64,000 nucleotides of DNA from Octopus bimaculoides (Eukaryota). The translations under genes were made by a program, and so were the position numbers. Of the stretch, positions 25,240 to 39,862 are shown one piece after another (position 1 is the stretch's first letter; each line of letters starts with the position of its first letter). Below the pieces are notes generated by a model. The model saw nothing but the letters and a program-made list of their open reading frames with translations. It made no database searches and had not been told where the DNA came from. The stretch is from the NCBI RefSeq assembly GCF_001194135.2, contig NC_068982.1:168992985-169056984 (forward strand). Reading direction: 5' to 3'.

Positions 25240-28200
25240 TCAGACAACATGATGGGCGACTAAAAGGAAGCCACAGAATTAGGCAGTGCACCCACTCAGT
25301 TAGGACAACAATAATATCAGTTAGAATGTGGAGTAGCAACAATAACACAGAAACAGACAAATTAATCAGGAAGCAAAGAGCTATTAAGGTTGTGACTGCT
25401 TACAGAATTTGAGAAATCCTCACTACAATAGGAAATTATTAGTGGACAGTTGCATCAAAAAAATACATTTTAAAATCATTAGCTACAATTGCTGCTGCCA
25501 TTCATCTTTCATCCTTGTTTCTTTTGAAACTTTTGCAGAATAGCTTACCTTTTACTGTTTCTCTATTACCTAATAACTGACATTAAGCAGCTTAATATTA
25601 ATTATAAATTTAGGAACTCGGATATAAGTGAAACCATCAAACAATTATGTTTAAATACTCTAAAACTAGTAATATTTTTATTATTGTTGCCACTGCCTTA
25701 ATCTGGAGCTTACTGTTAAAAAAAAAAAAATATGCAAAGCAATAATCAGATCAATTAATATATATATTAAGTCTTCATCAGAAGTGATGGCTTCAAACCA
25801 GTCTAAATATGTCTATGAGTTTAATTAACCCTAGACTACGCATACAACTTGATCTAACCCTGATCAATGTCAGAATTTCAAAAGGACCAGTTTTCTCCAG
25901 TATGGTTGGGTGTTAAATGATGTTCTTGAAGCCTGGCACTGTGACAGCAGAAGTGAATACAGCAACAATGAATTGATAAAACCTGAATTATATATACACA
26001 CATACATGAAAAATTTAATTTCAAAAACGGGAAAAAATTCACTAAAGCTACTTCTTTCTTAGTTACATTAATTCACCTAGACGACATCATTTTTCCAATG
26101 GTCATATTAACTGGTTTTAAGAAGTTTTAGGAAAAAAGAAAGTTATGACAATGAGAGGGTGCACAGCCAAAGAAACTCCACAAAAGATGTAGTAGCACAG
26201 CTATAGGTTTCTCAATATATATTTATTAACAAAACTCGATATTAACTAACTGTAGTTCAAACACGTTATTTTCCCCACCCTTATCAGCTCAGAGTTTAGA
26301 AGTAAAACTTAGAGACATTCAACAACTTTCATTACAAGCTACCTATCAAAGAATGCTTCAATTTCACTGTAAGGTAAATGAATTAATGTAAAGAAAGTAT
26401 TTTTTCATTTTGCAATTATAATAGAAAAAGTACTAGTTTGTTATCCTTAGTTAAACAAATGCTTACATCAATTCAAATAATGTTTTCAAATAGCAAATTT
26501 TCACTTCATATAAGTATTCTATTTCTTTTTGACTTGACACGGTCAAATTTTCTGAGGAGGGATATAGTTAATTGAGCCAACTTCAGTATAACAAGTATTT
26601 TATTAACCTCAAAAGTGGCTGAATACAGAACATGGAGAGACAAAACTAAATGTAATGTATTTAGTACTCTTTCTACCAACTCTCACAATAATGATTTCTA
26701 ACATTGGCACAGTCCACAAATTTTGAAATCGAGGGAGGTCAGCATCTGAACTGGTCCTGGTATACAACTGGTAAATTAAGCCTAGAGATGAAAAGTTACA
26801 GCACTCTACAACATTGAACAGTAGTATATATGACGTACTTTGGTTATATCTGCTACCTATATTTTTGAAATTGCAGTAGTTAATAAAGACAACTAAATAA
26901 TATGATTGAGTAGTTTTAAATCATGGTTAAAACATTAAAAAAAATTGTTGAAAAAGTTCTAATGTGGAAGATACATAAATAAAAACTAGTAGTAATACTA
27001 ATGACTGCTGCTGCTGCTGGCCACATTTGATGTGGTACCAAAATGGAGAAAAGACAACAAAATTTTGAATAATTAATAACTAAATAAAGTAGAATTTTCT
27101 TTGAAAAAATAAAATAGGAGAGAGATATATGAAGTGTAAATAATGATGGTAAATATGTTTACTCAGGTAAAAACTTCTGTTTGAGAACTGTTTGATAAAT
27201 GTTTGTCAAAAAGGGGATAAGAATTTAGTTTCCTCACCCATCTCCATCTCAAAGCTTAAAGTCAAGATGATAAAACAATGCTCATAGACAAAAATTAGGT
27301 TGGGGAAAAAGGAAGGTTAAATTGAATAAAGAAATGTTTAAGTGATAAAGTGAAATCTGTATCAGAATTGAAATTTAAGTGGTTATTCACTTGAAATTGG
27401 AATTTTCACTGTTTCATTTTCAATTACCATCACTCTCAGATTTTGATTTGCAAAAACTTTTAATAATATGAAATTTCAAACCAAAAACTCATATCATCTA
27501 AACTGCCAATAATGACAAAAAGCCATTCTGATTATAAATATATAATATATATTTTTTAATTGCAATTTTATCCAACTCCTGAAGAGAGTTGAATACAAAA
27601 TTGAAACATCAAACTAGCTAGTAAGACCATCTCAGAATAAATTACCTACAAAATTTTCGTTATTTGGTTTCTTACTCAAGTGCAAAGTTTCAGATCCATA
27701 CACAAGGAAATACGGAAAGTGCAACATTCATATTTTACTCAAAGACATCAGGTAAGTGAAGTGAACTATCTTCAAAATTAGGATTCAAAACCAGCTGCAA
27801 ACATGGTAGACTGGAAATCCCCATTTTGTTCTCAAGCAATTGCCATACTAACACATATTAATTGTATTTTCCATTTTAAATATCGTTTTATTTTGTTTTT
27901 TGTTGGGGGAGGAGGGGTCGCTAAGAACAAACCATGCTATCTCTCAAATGTGTAAGTAGTAACATAATTGAAGCTCAACCATAACTTCAATCTGAAAACA
28001 AGACTACATCACCAAAGTAAACACACCAACAGTTCTTACTCTTTAAATAGAAAAAAAAATTTAACTCTCGTTAATCAAAACAAATAATAAGATATCAGAT
28101 TATATATAGCCCAGTTTACTTTTAACAAGCAATATTGAGGCCAAAGATAGTGTTATATAAGTATATTTTACATTTACAAAAGGAAAAAAAAGCTTAAATA

Positions 28201-28954
28201 TCTACAAATAAAGAAGAAAAAAAATAAACATAGCTATAACTTCTCCTTTAAGTGATAGTATTGTATCTGAATGGAGATGTTACCTATAGAAAATAAGAGA
28301 GCCTGCAGCTAATGAGGCAATGATAGAAACTCAACCAGTTCAATATATTTAGAAACATTACAGCTGTGCTACTAAACAGACACTGGAAAAGAAAAAAATG
28401 GAAATCATTTCATATAATTGTGCGTGTGTATGCATGCGCACACGCACACACAGAAGCAAATTTTGCATGTAAATTTACAACTAGGTGAGTGTGTGTGTGT
28501 GTGTGTGTACTTGTACTGTGTAATTTGCTTTGTATTCATGTGTGTAAATTTATGCTAAAAAGCTCACAATACCTACATGTATTTGAATATGCATTTTCTG
28601 TATAAGTGTGCGTGTGAATGCAAGGTGATATGAGGAGAAACTGGGTAAAGAGAAGAGAAACAAAGGTATGATGAGTTGGAAAGTTAACAGGAGGAAAATA
28701 GAAAGAATTGTGTGTACATGTGCGTGTATGTGTGTGTGTGCATGTGTTGTATTTCTCATCATCTGCTGTATGGTGACACTGGAAGTATACAGGCAGAACA
28801 AGAAAAAAAAAGTATGAAAAAAAAAAGAAAATTAAAAAAAAAGAAAACCAGGTCCTTTTCATTTCCATTTTAAAGGGTAAAGAAAAAAAACTACAATAAC
28901 TGGTCAAATAAGAAGCTAATCCCTTTGTAATTCCCATTATTATTATTATCAATA

Positions 28955-29140
28955 ATAATAACTGTTTTGGAGGAGGGCAAGTCGATTACATCAACCCCAG
29001 TAGTCAACTGGTACTTATTTTATCAACCTCAAAAGGATGAAAGGCAATGTTGACCTTGTTGGGATTTCAACTCGGAATGTAAAGTCAGACAAAATGCTTA
29101 GTGGCATTTTGTCCAGCATGCTAATGATTCAGCCAGCTTG
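28955..29140 (-). mobile_element. SINE family 2 copy, CpG-decayed
   Basis: Reverse of the core (CTGGTACTTATTTTATC...GGATGAAAGGCAA). A similar decayed copy lies at about 45185-45390. Confidence 0.8.
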
Positions 29141-30502
29141 TTGCCATAATAATAATAATAATAACAACAACAACACAATAGCAAAAACCAATCAGAGTAA
29201 CGAGTCAAACAGAAATATAACCCTTTCAATAAAGAGACAAAAGTAAATCTAAAACAAAATATTTTAAAATTCAATCATTGGTAAAATCATTTTTTAAGTT
29301 TAGGGGCAAAACTGAAATGTTTTCATATACTTAATGATTTCACATGAATTTTACTGGAGTAAAACAGATGTCGAAAATGAATTCTTCTTTTCAATCTCAT
29401 ATAACTGTATTGAAATAAATAGATAGAACTGTATAGTGTGTATAAAACATTGGTGTTTCATGGTCTCCTATCTTGTACTATGAGGGTCCTATAAAATGGT
29501 ACAACATACTACTGAGAAACAGAAACAGTCACCAGTCAAATGAGAGTAATTTAAATAAAAAGAAAAATAATGAACACAAACAAGTAAAATAGCAAAACAA
29601 CTGTCGTTTTGGAGATGTACGAGTGAAAGACTGTGCATGGGTTTAAGGAAGTTCAGCCAAAATAAAATTAGATCACAACTAAGTAACGGATAAAATTTTA
29701 GTGGAGTTGAAGCAATATCATCGGAAAAGTTTTTGAACATTAGTGCTTGCTTTGAAAGAAAGAAAACAGCAAAATATGCTAAGTAAAAAATCAACTAAAA
29801 AATTTTTTGAAATATACACTGGATCAGCAATACACTAAAGAAACTAAAATATGTCCAATATTTTGTAATAAGCAATCTGCAACTTAATAACTTAAAATCC
29901 ATGAGATAAATTATCTTTAATAATACAATAGCTACAGAAAAAAGTTTTCTCCACATTATAACAAGGCTGCAGATATACACATCGCATTCACAAAATAACT
30001 ATAAAGCAAAGTAAAAATATTAAAATAAGACTATCGAAAATACATATTAAGTACTATACATGGATGCAGCCTGCTCCAATCAATATTCATTTTGTAATTA
30101 CATAGCCAACTATTTTCAAACCTGAGCACTTGAGCAGTATTTTAAACCATCCCCCAATTACAAAAAAAAAAAGGAAAAAAAAACTTGTCTGATCCAGTCA
30201 ATCACAAAATACATGTATATTAAAAAAAAAACAATATACTATGTCCAAATTATGTGGAGGATCTAACTGAGAGAACCGAAATTATGGCACACTAATCATG
30301 TCTAACTTGCTTGTCTCTCCTAACAGCCATTAACAAAGCCTTTGACTATGAACAAACCAAATAAAATGATTGCTACATGTGTTAACCACAACCCCAACAT
30401 TGCACACTACCCAACCAATGCAGGTCAAAGTGCTTAGTATGGTCCTAGATAGACTCGAGTATAATGTGCACCTAATTGTTAAATCGATATAGTTCTACTC
30501 TA

Positions 30503-30922
<420 letters not shown>

Positions 30923-31584
30923 TTAGAAACATGTATTGTGTCAGACCAAAAAGACAGATGCAATTGTGATGAAACTCAACTTTGCTAAATAACAAGAGAC
31001 AGATTACAGAATCTGAAAAATAATTACAACACAAAGGCAAAACAATATCGTATCTTAGGGCCACTACTGATAGACTGACCCAGACCTAAGCAGTTCATTT
31101 AAGGAAGACTAACAGTTACCCATGTATGCAGGTCTCCTTTCTCCATGCCACTACCTTAGAGTAGATATAGCTTCACACCAGTGTCATCAGAGGTGTTGCT
31201 TTCAAAATACCAAGAGATGAAACAAATATCAAAAAGCCCCTTGTTCAATGTTCTAACAGTTCCATCAATCTACCACTCTCAGCTGGTATTTATCAGCTCC
31301 AAAACAATGAAAGGAAAAAGCTGACCTCAGCAGGACTTAAATTCACAGAAACTGAAGGTTGGACCAAATACTGTAAAGCATTAGGAAGGGCATCCATCCA
31401 TAGAAACCATGCCAAAGCAGACAGTGGAGCTTGGTGCAGTCCTCAGATTTGCTAGTTCCTTTTGAAAAATCCAGTATAGAAAATAGATATTTGCCTTTTA
31501 GCATTCAGATTAGTCAAAAGTAATGCTTATTTATTCATAATTTTAAAAATCCATCCTGTATAATCTTGTAGCTTTGAAATTTTG

Positions 31585-31957
31585 AAAGATGTGATTGGTT
31601 CTTGTGCGGGTGGCACATGAGATGCACCATTTTGAGCGTGGCCGTTGCCAGTACCGCCTGACTGGCTCCCGTAGGATTTTCGAGCGAGATCGTTGCCAGT
31701 GCCCCTGGACTGGCTTGTGCGGGTGGCACATAAAAGACACCATTTCGAGCGTGGCCGTTTTCGTGCGGGTGACACGTAAAAGCACCCACTACACTCTCTG
31801 AGTGGTTGGCGTTAGGAAGGGCATCCAGCTGTAGAAACTCTGCCAAATTAGATTGGAGCCTGGTGTTGCCATCCGGTTTCACCAGTCCTCAGTCAAATCG
31901 TCCAACCCATGCTAGCATGGAAAGCGGACGTTAAACGATGATGATGATGATGATGAT
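31585..31957 (+). mobile_element. RTE 3'-end fragment (or RTE-tailed SINE) ending in (GAT)n
   Basis: Internal GTGCGGGTGGCAC repeats, then TTAGGAAGGGCATCCAGCTGTAGAAAC...CCAACCCATGCTAGCATGGAAAGCGGACGTTAAACGATGATGAT. Shorter copies of this tail occur at about 13070, 13590, 14400, 42440, 47975 and 62225. Confidence 0.85.
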
Positions 31958-33121
31958 TGCTTATTTTTAGAATGACATTGCAGTTGCAGGATAGGTGTGA
32001 GGTTGGATCTGACAGACTTGAACATAAAACAGGTTGAATATTTGGGCCAGATATAGCCTGTTTAAACAATAATGGATTAAATGATGATGATGATGATGCC
32101 TCTTCTACCCAATGCATTAGCCACTTTGCTAATCCACCACCTTGATATCACATCAACTCTTTTTAATTACACATATCCGTGAAACAGACATGCACTGGTA
32201 TAGATCAGTCTAAATGCAATCCAAGATGTGACAGTGATGTCTATAGAATATTTTCTAATAAATAAAATAAATATTACTTATAATCAAGCATAAATTAAGA
32301 GTTGATGCTGGATTCATTCACATTATTACAGAAGGCACAGTTGAGGCAAAATGGTTAAGAAATTAGGCTACCATTTGTGAGACTTCAATTAAAATCTATT
32401 GGAACCGTTACATAGTATATTTGAACACAACAATTGTACACAGCTCAGCTCCTCAAGTTGTCAGGAACAGATGGCATGTTTTTTTTGTTTCGTTTTTTTT
32501 TTGTTTTTTTTTAATTTGAAATGGCTTTTCTCTACAATAAAAAGTGAAATAAGCTTTAGTCTTTAGATTGGTGAAATTAATTGTAGTCATATCACTAACA
32601 ATCTTAAGACATCAGCATGTTAAAATAACAATGATATTTAAGACAGTACATTTAACATGAAGTGCTGCTGCATACCCACCATCACACACAACCTGAAAAC
32701 AACAGGAAAGTGGACTAAAGATGATTACTGGACTGTAGCCATTGATCAAGTATTGAACAGGCTTTCCATATAGATGGAACAAGTTGAACAAGTTACTAAA
32801 AACCTAACAAACCACATTCAATTTTAGGGCTGCAGCTAATTATAACAGTGTAACAATGTTGGTTACAGGATATGAAAACTTGTTAGCAGTACCCTACTAT
32901 CTCAACCACCAATGCTTGCTGATGCTATATATAAACACAGCAACATACAAATATGAAATATTGATATGGGAACAAGTATGGAAGTCCACTTCACAACCAA
33001 ACCAAATGGTTCTGGGTTTGATCCCACTGTGCAACACATTAGGCAAGTGTCTTTTATAATAGACTTGGGTTGACAAATACCTTGTGAAAAAATTTAGTAA
33101 TCGCAAACCGTGTGGAAGTCT

Positions 33122-33177
<56 letters not shown>

Positions 33178-33620
33178 CATAATTGCACAACAAATACAGG
33201 TTCCTGATACAACAGTTCCAATTACTACAAAACTGGTTCTATTTCAAAATTATTAAGCCATGCAATAAAGTATACATCAATGAAAAAAAGTTCCAAGCTG
33301 GAATAGATAGAGAGGGTAATGCTTGAGGGCAGTACCCCAGCATGACCACAGTCTAAGATATAAACATTGGCAAAAAATCTGATAAAGGGCACTCAAACCA
33401 AAATATGTGGTATTTATTCCAGCCAAATCATACAGACACTTCTTCGTGATACACAACATTAGTAATCCAATGAAGCAGTAATTGATCCATTGAAAATCTA
33501 TAACAAGTGAGGTTATTCACAACATGGTTGAACTACCTATTTTAGTAATAATATACAAAATTATGTAAATTCCAAACTGTCCTTTGATAGGATGGGGGAT
33601 GAGGTAAAATTCAATCTTCA

Positions 33621-33884
<264 letters not shown>

Positions 33885-35599
33885 CTAATTTTAGGAGAAA
33901 ACAAATAAAAAGGGTAAAATGATTTCCCTAATACATTATGAAATTTTAAAACCCTGCATATTTGATATCTAAAAGAAAAATGCTATTACTACAGTATTTA
34001 CCCAAAGTTAATAAGTACCTAGTTATACATAAGCAAATACACTTGACACATCCATGTAGTTATTACCCAGTCACTTACACACTAAGACACAAAATAGTAA
34101 TAAAACCATGGCATCAGAACAGGTTATGTTTTGAGAAACACATACTTGAAACGGTAGCATATATAATCAGATCCCAAAAATTATTAATCATATAGGTTGA
34201 AACCACTCATATCAGACTCATACCATATCCTATTGTTCTAATATAGTCCTATGTGCACTGTTCTGAGAAAATGACAGGATGATCTTTGCTGGAATGCTTT
34301 TGACCATATATCTGCTCAAACAATTCTGTCCTAAGACTAGGCAACAATATAATTCAACCAATCTCAAAATCCTTCAATTCTGAATTAGTTTACAAATCCA
34401 TTTCTTTTTACCTTGGTGTCCCTTAGCTTTAGTGATTTAATTTGTAAATAAACATATAACATTAGTTATGTAAAGTAAATGAAATTATAAATATTAGAAG
34501 ACAAGTATACCCAAAACATACAATTTCTTTGGATAAAAATCATAACCTAACATTTTCATTTTAGATAAATCTGCTGATCAAATACCTTCTATGCATCACA
34601 ATTTTGCATTATCTGAATGCTTACAAATTTATCTTCACAACATCTCATGTCTCTCAACTGCAAACCCAATGCATGCTTTCTCTGCATATAACTAACCAGA
34701 TGATGCTTAAATTGAACATCAACCCACACTGATATTACCAGCTTCGAACAGACTGGAAAGGTAATGGGGCACTGTTCCTCCTCATTTGTTTTTAAAATAT
34801 TTCAAAAATAACCATAAATACCTATTCAATTACCAAGCTCACAGCAGCTGGCTTTATCCATTCAGATCACATGCAAAAACCAGTATAGTCACATATGTAC
34901 ACAGTCAATACTGCTGATGCCCTATTACTTGCCCTCATTTCCATAGTAATACCTACCTTGTCCTTCCCCAGTTGCTTTAGAACTTATGCATTTACAGCCC
35001 ATCTCATTTCCATACATCATGAATTTTTTAAAAGAAAGGTAAGTGTTTACTTATCCCACACACCATCACAATTAGAGTGAACTACTTCACTTTTTATAAG
35101 ATAACCATCAACAAATGATTTATTCTATTGATTTCAGGAGGGGATGGAAAATAGATGTTATAGCTTTTAGTGTCTTTTCAGCTTATGTTTTAAAAAGTCT
35201 ACTCTTAAGGCTTTTTTTTTTTTATAAAAGCAGATCATAAACTTTTGATTCACCTCTAATTCTCACCCAAACCATGGTACTACTATTACTATCCTCACTG
35301 CCATTCTAATTATATCAACAGGACAATAAAGCTTGTCAACTACTTCCAGAAAGACAAACATGAAGTACTTAATAGCATCCACTTCATCACTGCTCATATT
35401 TCTAGCTATTTTAATGCAGCCAGTACATTTACATTTGCAATTCTATCAGTACATCAGTAATCATAAGACATTTTCTTTACCTAGCGTTTGCATTCAAACT
35501 CTTATTTAGTTCCTTCTCATCAAAACAAATTGATAATACAGAAAATCATTTTAAATGCATTAACAGTCAGTTGTGTTTAATAATAAATGTTGCAAAATA

Positions 35600-35633
<34 letters not shown>

Positions 35634-37341
35634 CACTTAGTCCTGTCAAAAAACTGCAAATGTTTACATTATAAAGTACCAGCAGAGGAATAATCACTGA
35701 ATAATACAGTTCAATAAGGCTCGTCTCTTTATGGACCGAGTGTAACCCAATAAATCAATTCTAAATGAAGAATACTATTCAGTAATGTGAAATCAATACA
35801 AATAGTTTGCTCTATACATTGCAAACATCAAATCTGCTCTCAACATTACCAAAATGGAAATAACTGTGTGAGCTAACAAAACAAGCATCTGCATAATCGA
35901 ACCACATATTTATTGTAGCAACCAAATCTCCAAAAGAATTTCCTGTTCTTAAAATAGGAAGATTTCTAAAGGTCCTAAATACTGTCTGGAAATCCAAATT
36001 TATAACACTGATAAAATATCCATTATATAATGCGAAATGAGTGCTAGACATGTTAATCCCAGGTATATGAATGATAGCCTCTATGTCCTTAAAAATGATT
36101 TCAGATTAACAAGACACACTTTCACAACTGACCCACTAAAGTACACTACAGTAACTAGACTACAATAATGCACTTTTAAACAATATTAAAATACACTCAC
36201 CATCTGGTTTTTAAATCGTATAACATAACAGCATAAACTCACATCAACAACCTAAAAAATTCACACAAATACAAACAAACACAAACCTCACCAAACCAAA
36301 GACAGGCGTCATCTTCTGCCCTACGCATCTAACTATCACAACTACATGGCAAAGAATTCCCCAATTTTTCATTTTGCTTGGACCAACTACAAAATGTCAT
36401 TACAACACACATCACCGAAGAAAGCAAAAATATTTTTACACACTCTAGAGAAGCAGAACAAAATATATTGCATCACAAAGTAGAGTTAAAGTTTTCAGAA
36501 TTTAACAACACAATCAGCAAGAGAGACACTACTTTATATAAGTCCAACAAAGTAATTATAGACGGCAAAAAGAAAATATCTCCGACAAGGTAAAATAAAA
36601 CAAAAACTTAAATATATGCTAGAAAAAAAACACAGGCAACTTCAAATACAACAGATCAAAACCACAGAAAACTAAAATAAAATTCAACATCAAACGAAGG
36701 AAATACAAAAAAAAAAATTCACCATAGAAAATTCGAAACCTGGTTAACATTTGTATCCAGCATAAACCACAAATTAACATTAAAGAAAAACAGCATAGCA
36801 ATTAGTATAGCCAAAAAGTCACATTAGATCAATGTCTCAATAAACTCAAACTGAAACATTTAGCAAATGCTTGAAAATAAGGCAATGAAAATAACACAAA
36901 AGGACAGGGACATAGAAACTAAAAATATGCATCTTTCTCCAAGATCTTGACTCCTTCCTTCTAGCAAACCAAAAAGTAATAGAGAAACATGAAACTAAAA
37001 AATTTCAGTCATCATCATGGTTTTAGCATCCACTTTTCCGTGCTTGCACAAGTCAAAATTTCTTGAGGCAAATTTTCTATGGTCAGATGCCAACCCTCAC
37101 CTGTTTCCAAGTAAGATATATTGCCCCAGTGCTGGACATAATTTCTAAGAAAATTGGAAACAAAGGACACTGCTTTAAGAAAGTGATGTTTTTCATACCT
37201 AGTACATAATGTCAAGACAAGGGAAGACATACACACACAAATATGCTGCTTTCAATTTCCATGACCAAATCAACTCGCAAGGACATCCCTAGATACTAAA
37301 TTCATTAAGACATTTTAACTGCTATACAAATTGGCATTTTA

Positions 37342-37626
<285 letters not shown>

Positions 37627-37928
37627 CTAGAAATTGAAGCAAATTCAGAATTTAGAAAATACAGAAAAATGTATACTATCATACAAGAGATTTTAAGCAT
37701 TTAAAAGATATTTTTTGAAAAGTTGACAAGTTACATGACAAAATACATCAATCAATTGGGAAGAAAAGAACCAGTAAAACCTTGACCAAGCTTATATCTA
37801 CTGGCATTGCCTTGTTACTCAAACTTAACTGAAAAACTAATTAAATGGTTGATACTTTTTTCTAACAATTCAAGTTAATGATAACTGATGGTGAAAGAAA
37901 AAATGTTGAGAAAATTCCACATTTTTTC

Positions 37929-37929
<1 letters not shown>

Positions 37930-37996
<67 letters not shown>
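37930..37996. repeat. (CT)n microsatellite
   Basis: Seen directly in the sequence. Confidence 0.95.
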
Positions 37997-37998
<2 letters not shown>

Positions 37999-38139
37999 TT
38001 TTCATTTATTTTTTTTTTTTTTCAAAATGGTTCAATAAGGAGGGAACGGCTGTATGCCATTCCATGACTCCTGAACAGCCACAAAATAATAAACTGATTT
38101 ATGGAGAGCTGTATTAAAAAAACAGACATATTTTCTTAC

Positions 38140-39640
38140 TGGTTTCCATCAGCTGGATGCCCTTCCTAATGCCAACCACTATAGTGGGTGCCTTTTATGT
38201 GCCACCAGCACGGGAACCAGTCAGGCTGCACTGGCATCGGTCACGTTCAGATGGTGTTTTTCACATGCCACCGGCACGGAGAGGCAGTCAGGCGGCTCTG
38301 GCAGGGACCCACACATGAATGAATTGTGCTTATCACATGCCACCAGCACTGGTAATGGCCACAACTACAATTTCCATTGGATTCTGATTTGATTTGATTT
38401 ACTTGACTCAATAGATCTTCTCAAGCACAGAATGTCGCCCGATGATTCAAAGGTACTTTTTAAATGGGCTAGTATGGTCATGTTGTGCATGGATGCACAC
38501 CATATCTGATGGTTCTTATGTCCAACATTTCTCCCAGGGCGCTTACACTCTGCCGTATGAACACTGACATTACACACCCAGCGGATCATACTAGCTTCAT
38601 TTCTTTCGAGCCTACGTCTTTGGCAGTCATAGCCCATGTTTCACTGCTGTGAAGCATGGCAGTTCGCACACATGCATCCTACAATCTACCTTTCATTCTG
38701 AGCGAGAGGCCCTTTGTTACCAGTAGAGGTAGGAGCTTTCTGAACTTTACCCAGGCTATTCTTATTCTAATGGTAATGCTCTCTGAGCATCCAACCCCCA
38801 CTACAAACTTGGTCACATAGGTAGCGGAAGTTTTCGACTAGTTCTAGTTTCTCCACCTGGCATGTGATGGAATCAGTTTTCTGAGCATCTGTGGTGTTTA
38901 CTGCTCCTGTGCATCTGCCGCACACAAAAGCTATCTTACCGTTTAATCTTCTTTTGATGTTGCTGCACCTCTTATGCATCCACAGCTTACACTGGGTACA
39001 TCTTGTGGAGTTTCTACCTACACCTTTTCTACAGATCAAGCAGGGTCATCTACTTGAAGGGGTTTGTGATGTGTTCGCCTTCCTACTTACTAGGACTTTG
39101 GTTTTCGCAACATTGACTCAGGCCCTTCGATTCTAAACCTTGCTTCCACACCTGAAATTTCTTCTCTAGTTCTGGCAGTGATTCCACTATGAGAGCAAGG
39201 TCATCAGCATAGAAGAGCTCCCAGAGGCAGCTAGTCTTGAATTCCTCTGTTATTGCCTGGAGGACTATGATGAATAAGATGGGGCTGAGGGCTGATCCTT
39301 AGCGAACCCCTACTTCTACCAGGAATTCTCCGCTATACACTTTGCCAACCCTTACCTTACTAATGGCATCCCTGTACAAAGCCTGTACAGCTCTTATTAA
39401 CCACTCATCAATCCCCAGTTTCTGCATTGCCCACCACATAAGGGATCGGGGGACCCTGTGAATGGCTTTCTCCAAGTCAACAAAAGCCATACTATTCTGC
39501 AGGACTAGCCTGAGCTTAAGCACTCTATCGCATACCCTGACTACCTCTATGACCTTATCCACCCATTTCTCCTCAAGGAGTATGCTTACACCCCCTACTC
39601 CATCACCGTTACCTTCCTAGAAGATTTTATACCTAAGTAC
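38140..39640 (-). mobile_element. Internally deleted RTE-clade LINE in the DHX15 E-F intron
   Basis: Endonuclease remnant (YKIF*EGNGDGVGGVSILL...DRVLKLRLV) runs into RT (MAFVDLEKAIHRVPR, VRQGSALSPLLFIIVL, ELFYADDLAL). A Cys-rich insert (CLICRKGVG...CTQCKLWMHKRC...CGRC) and the repeat-containing 3' UTR follow. Confidence 0.92.
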
Positions 39641-39673
39641 CTTATATTTACAACATTAACAAACCAATTATTA

Positions 39674-39862
<189 letters not shown>

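Noticed and set aside
27690-27760. Perfect plus-strand donor CAG/GTAAGT suggesting an antisense exon
   Set aside because: It is a single motif with a weak acceptor and no partner exons; chance occurrence is likely in 64 kb.
36180-36830. A/C-rich stretch with a weak resemblance to a Penelope-like C-terminal region
   Set aside because: I could not recover convincing motifs in any frame, so it is left unclassified.
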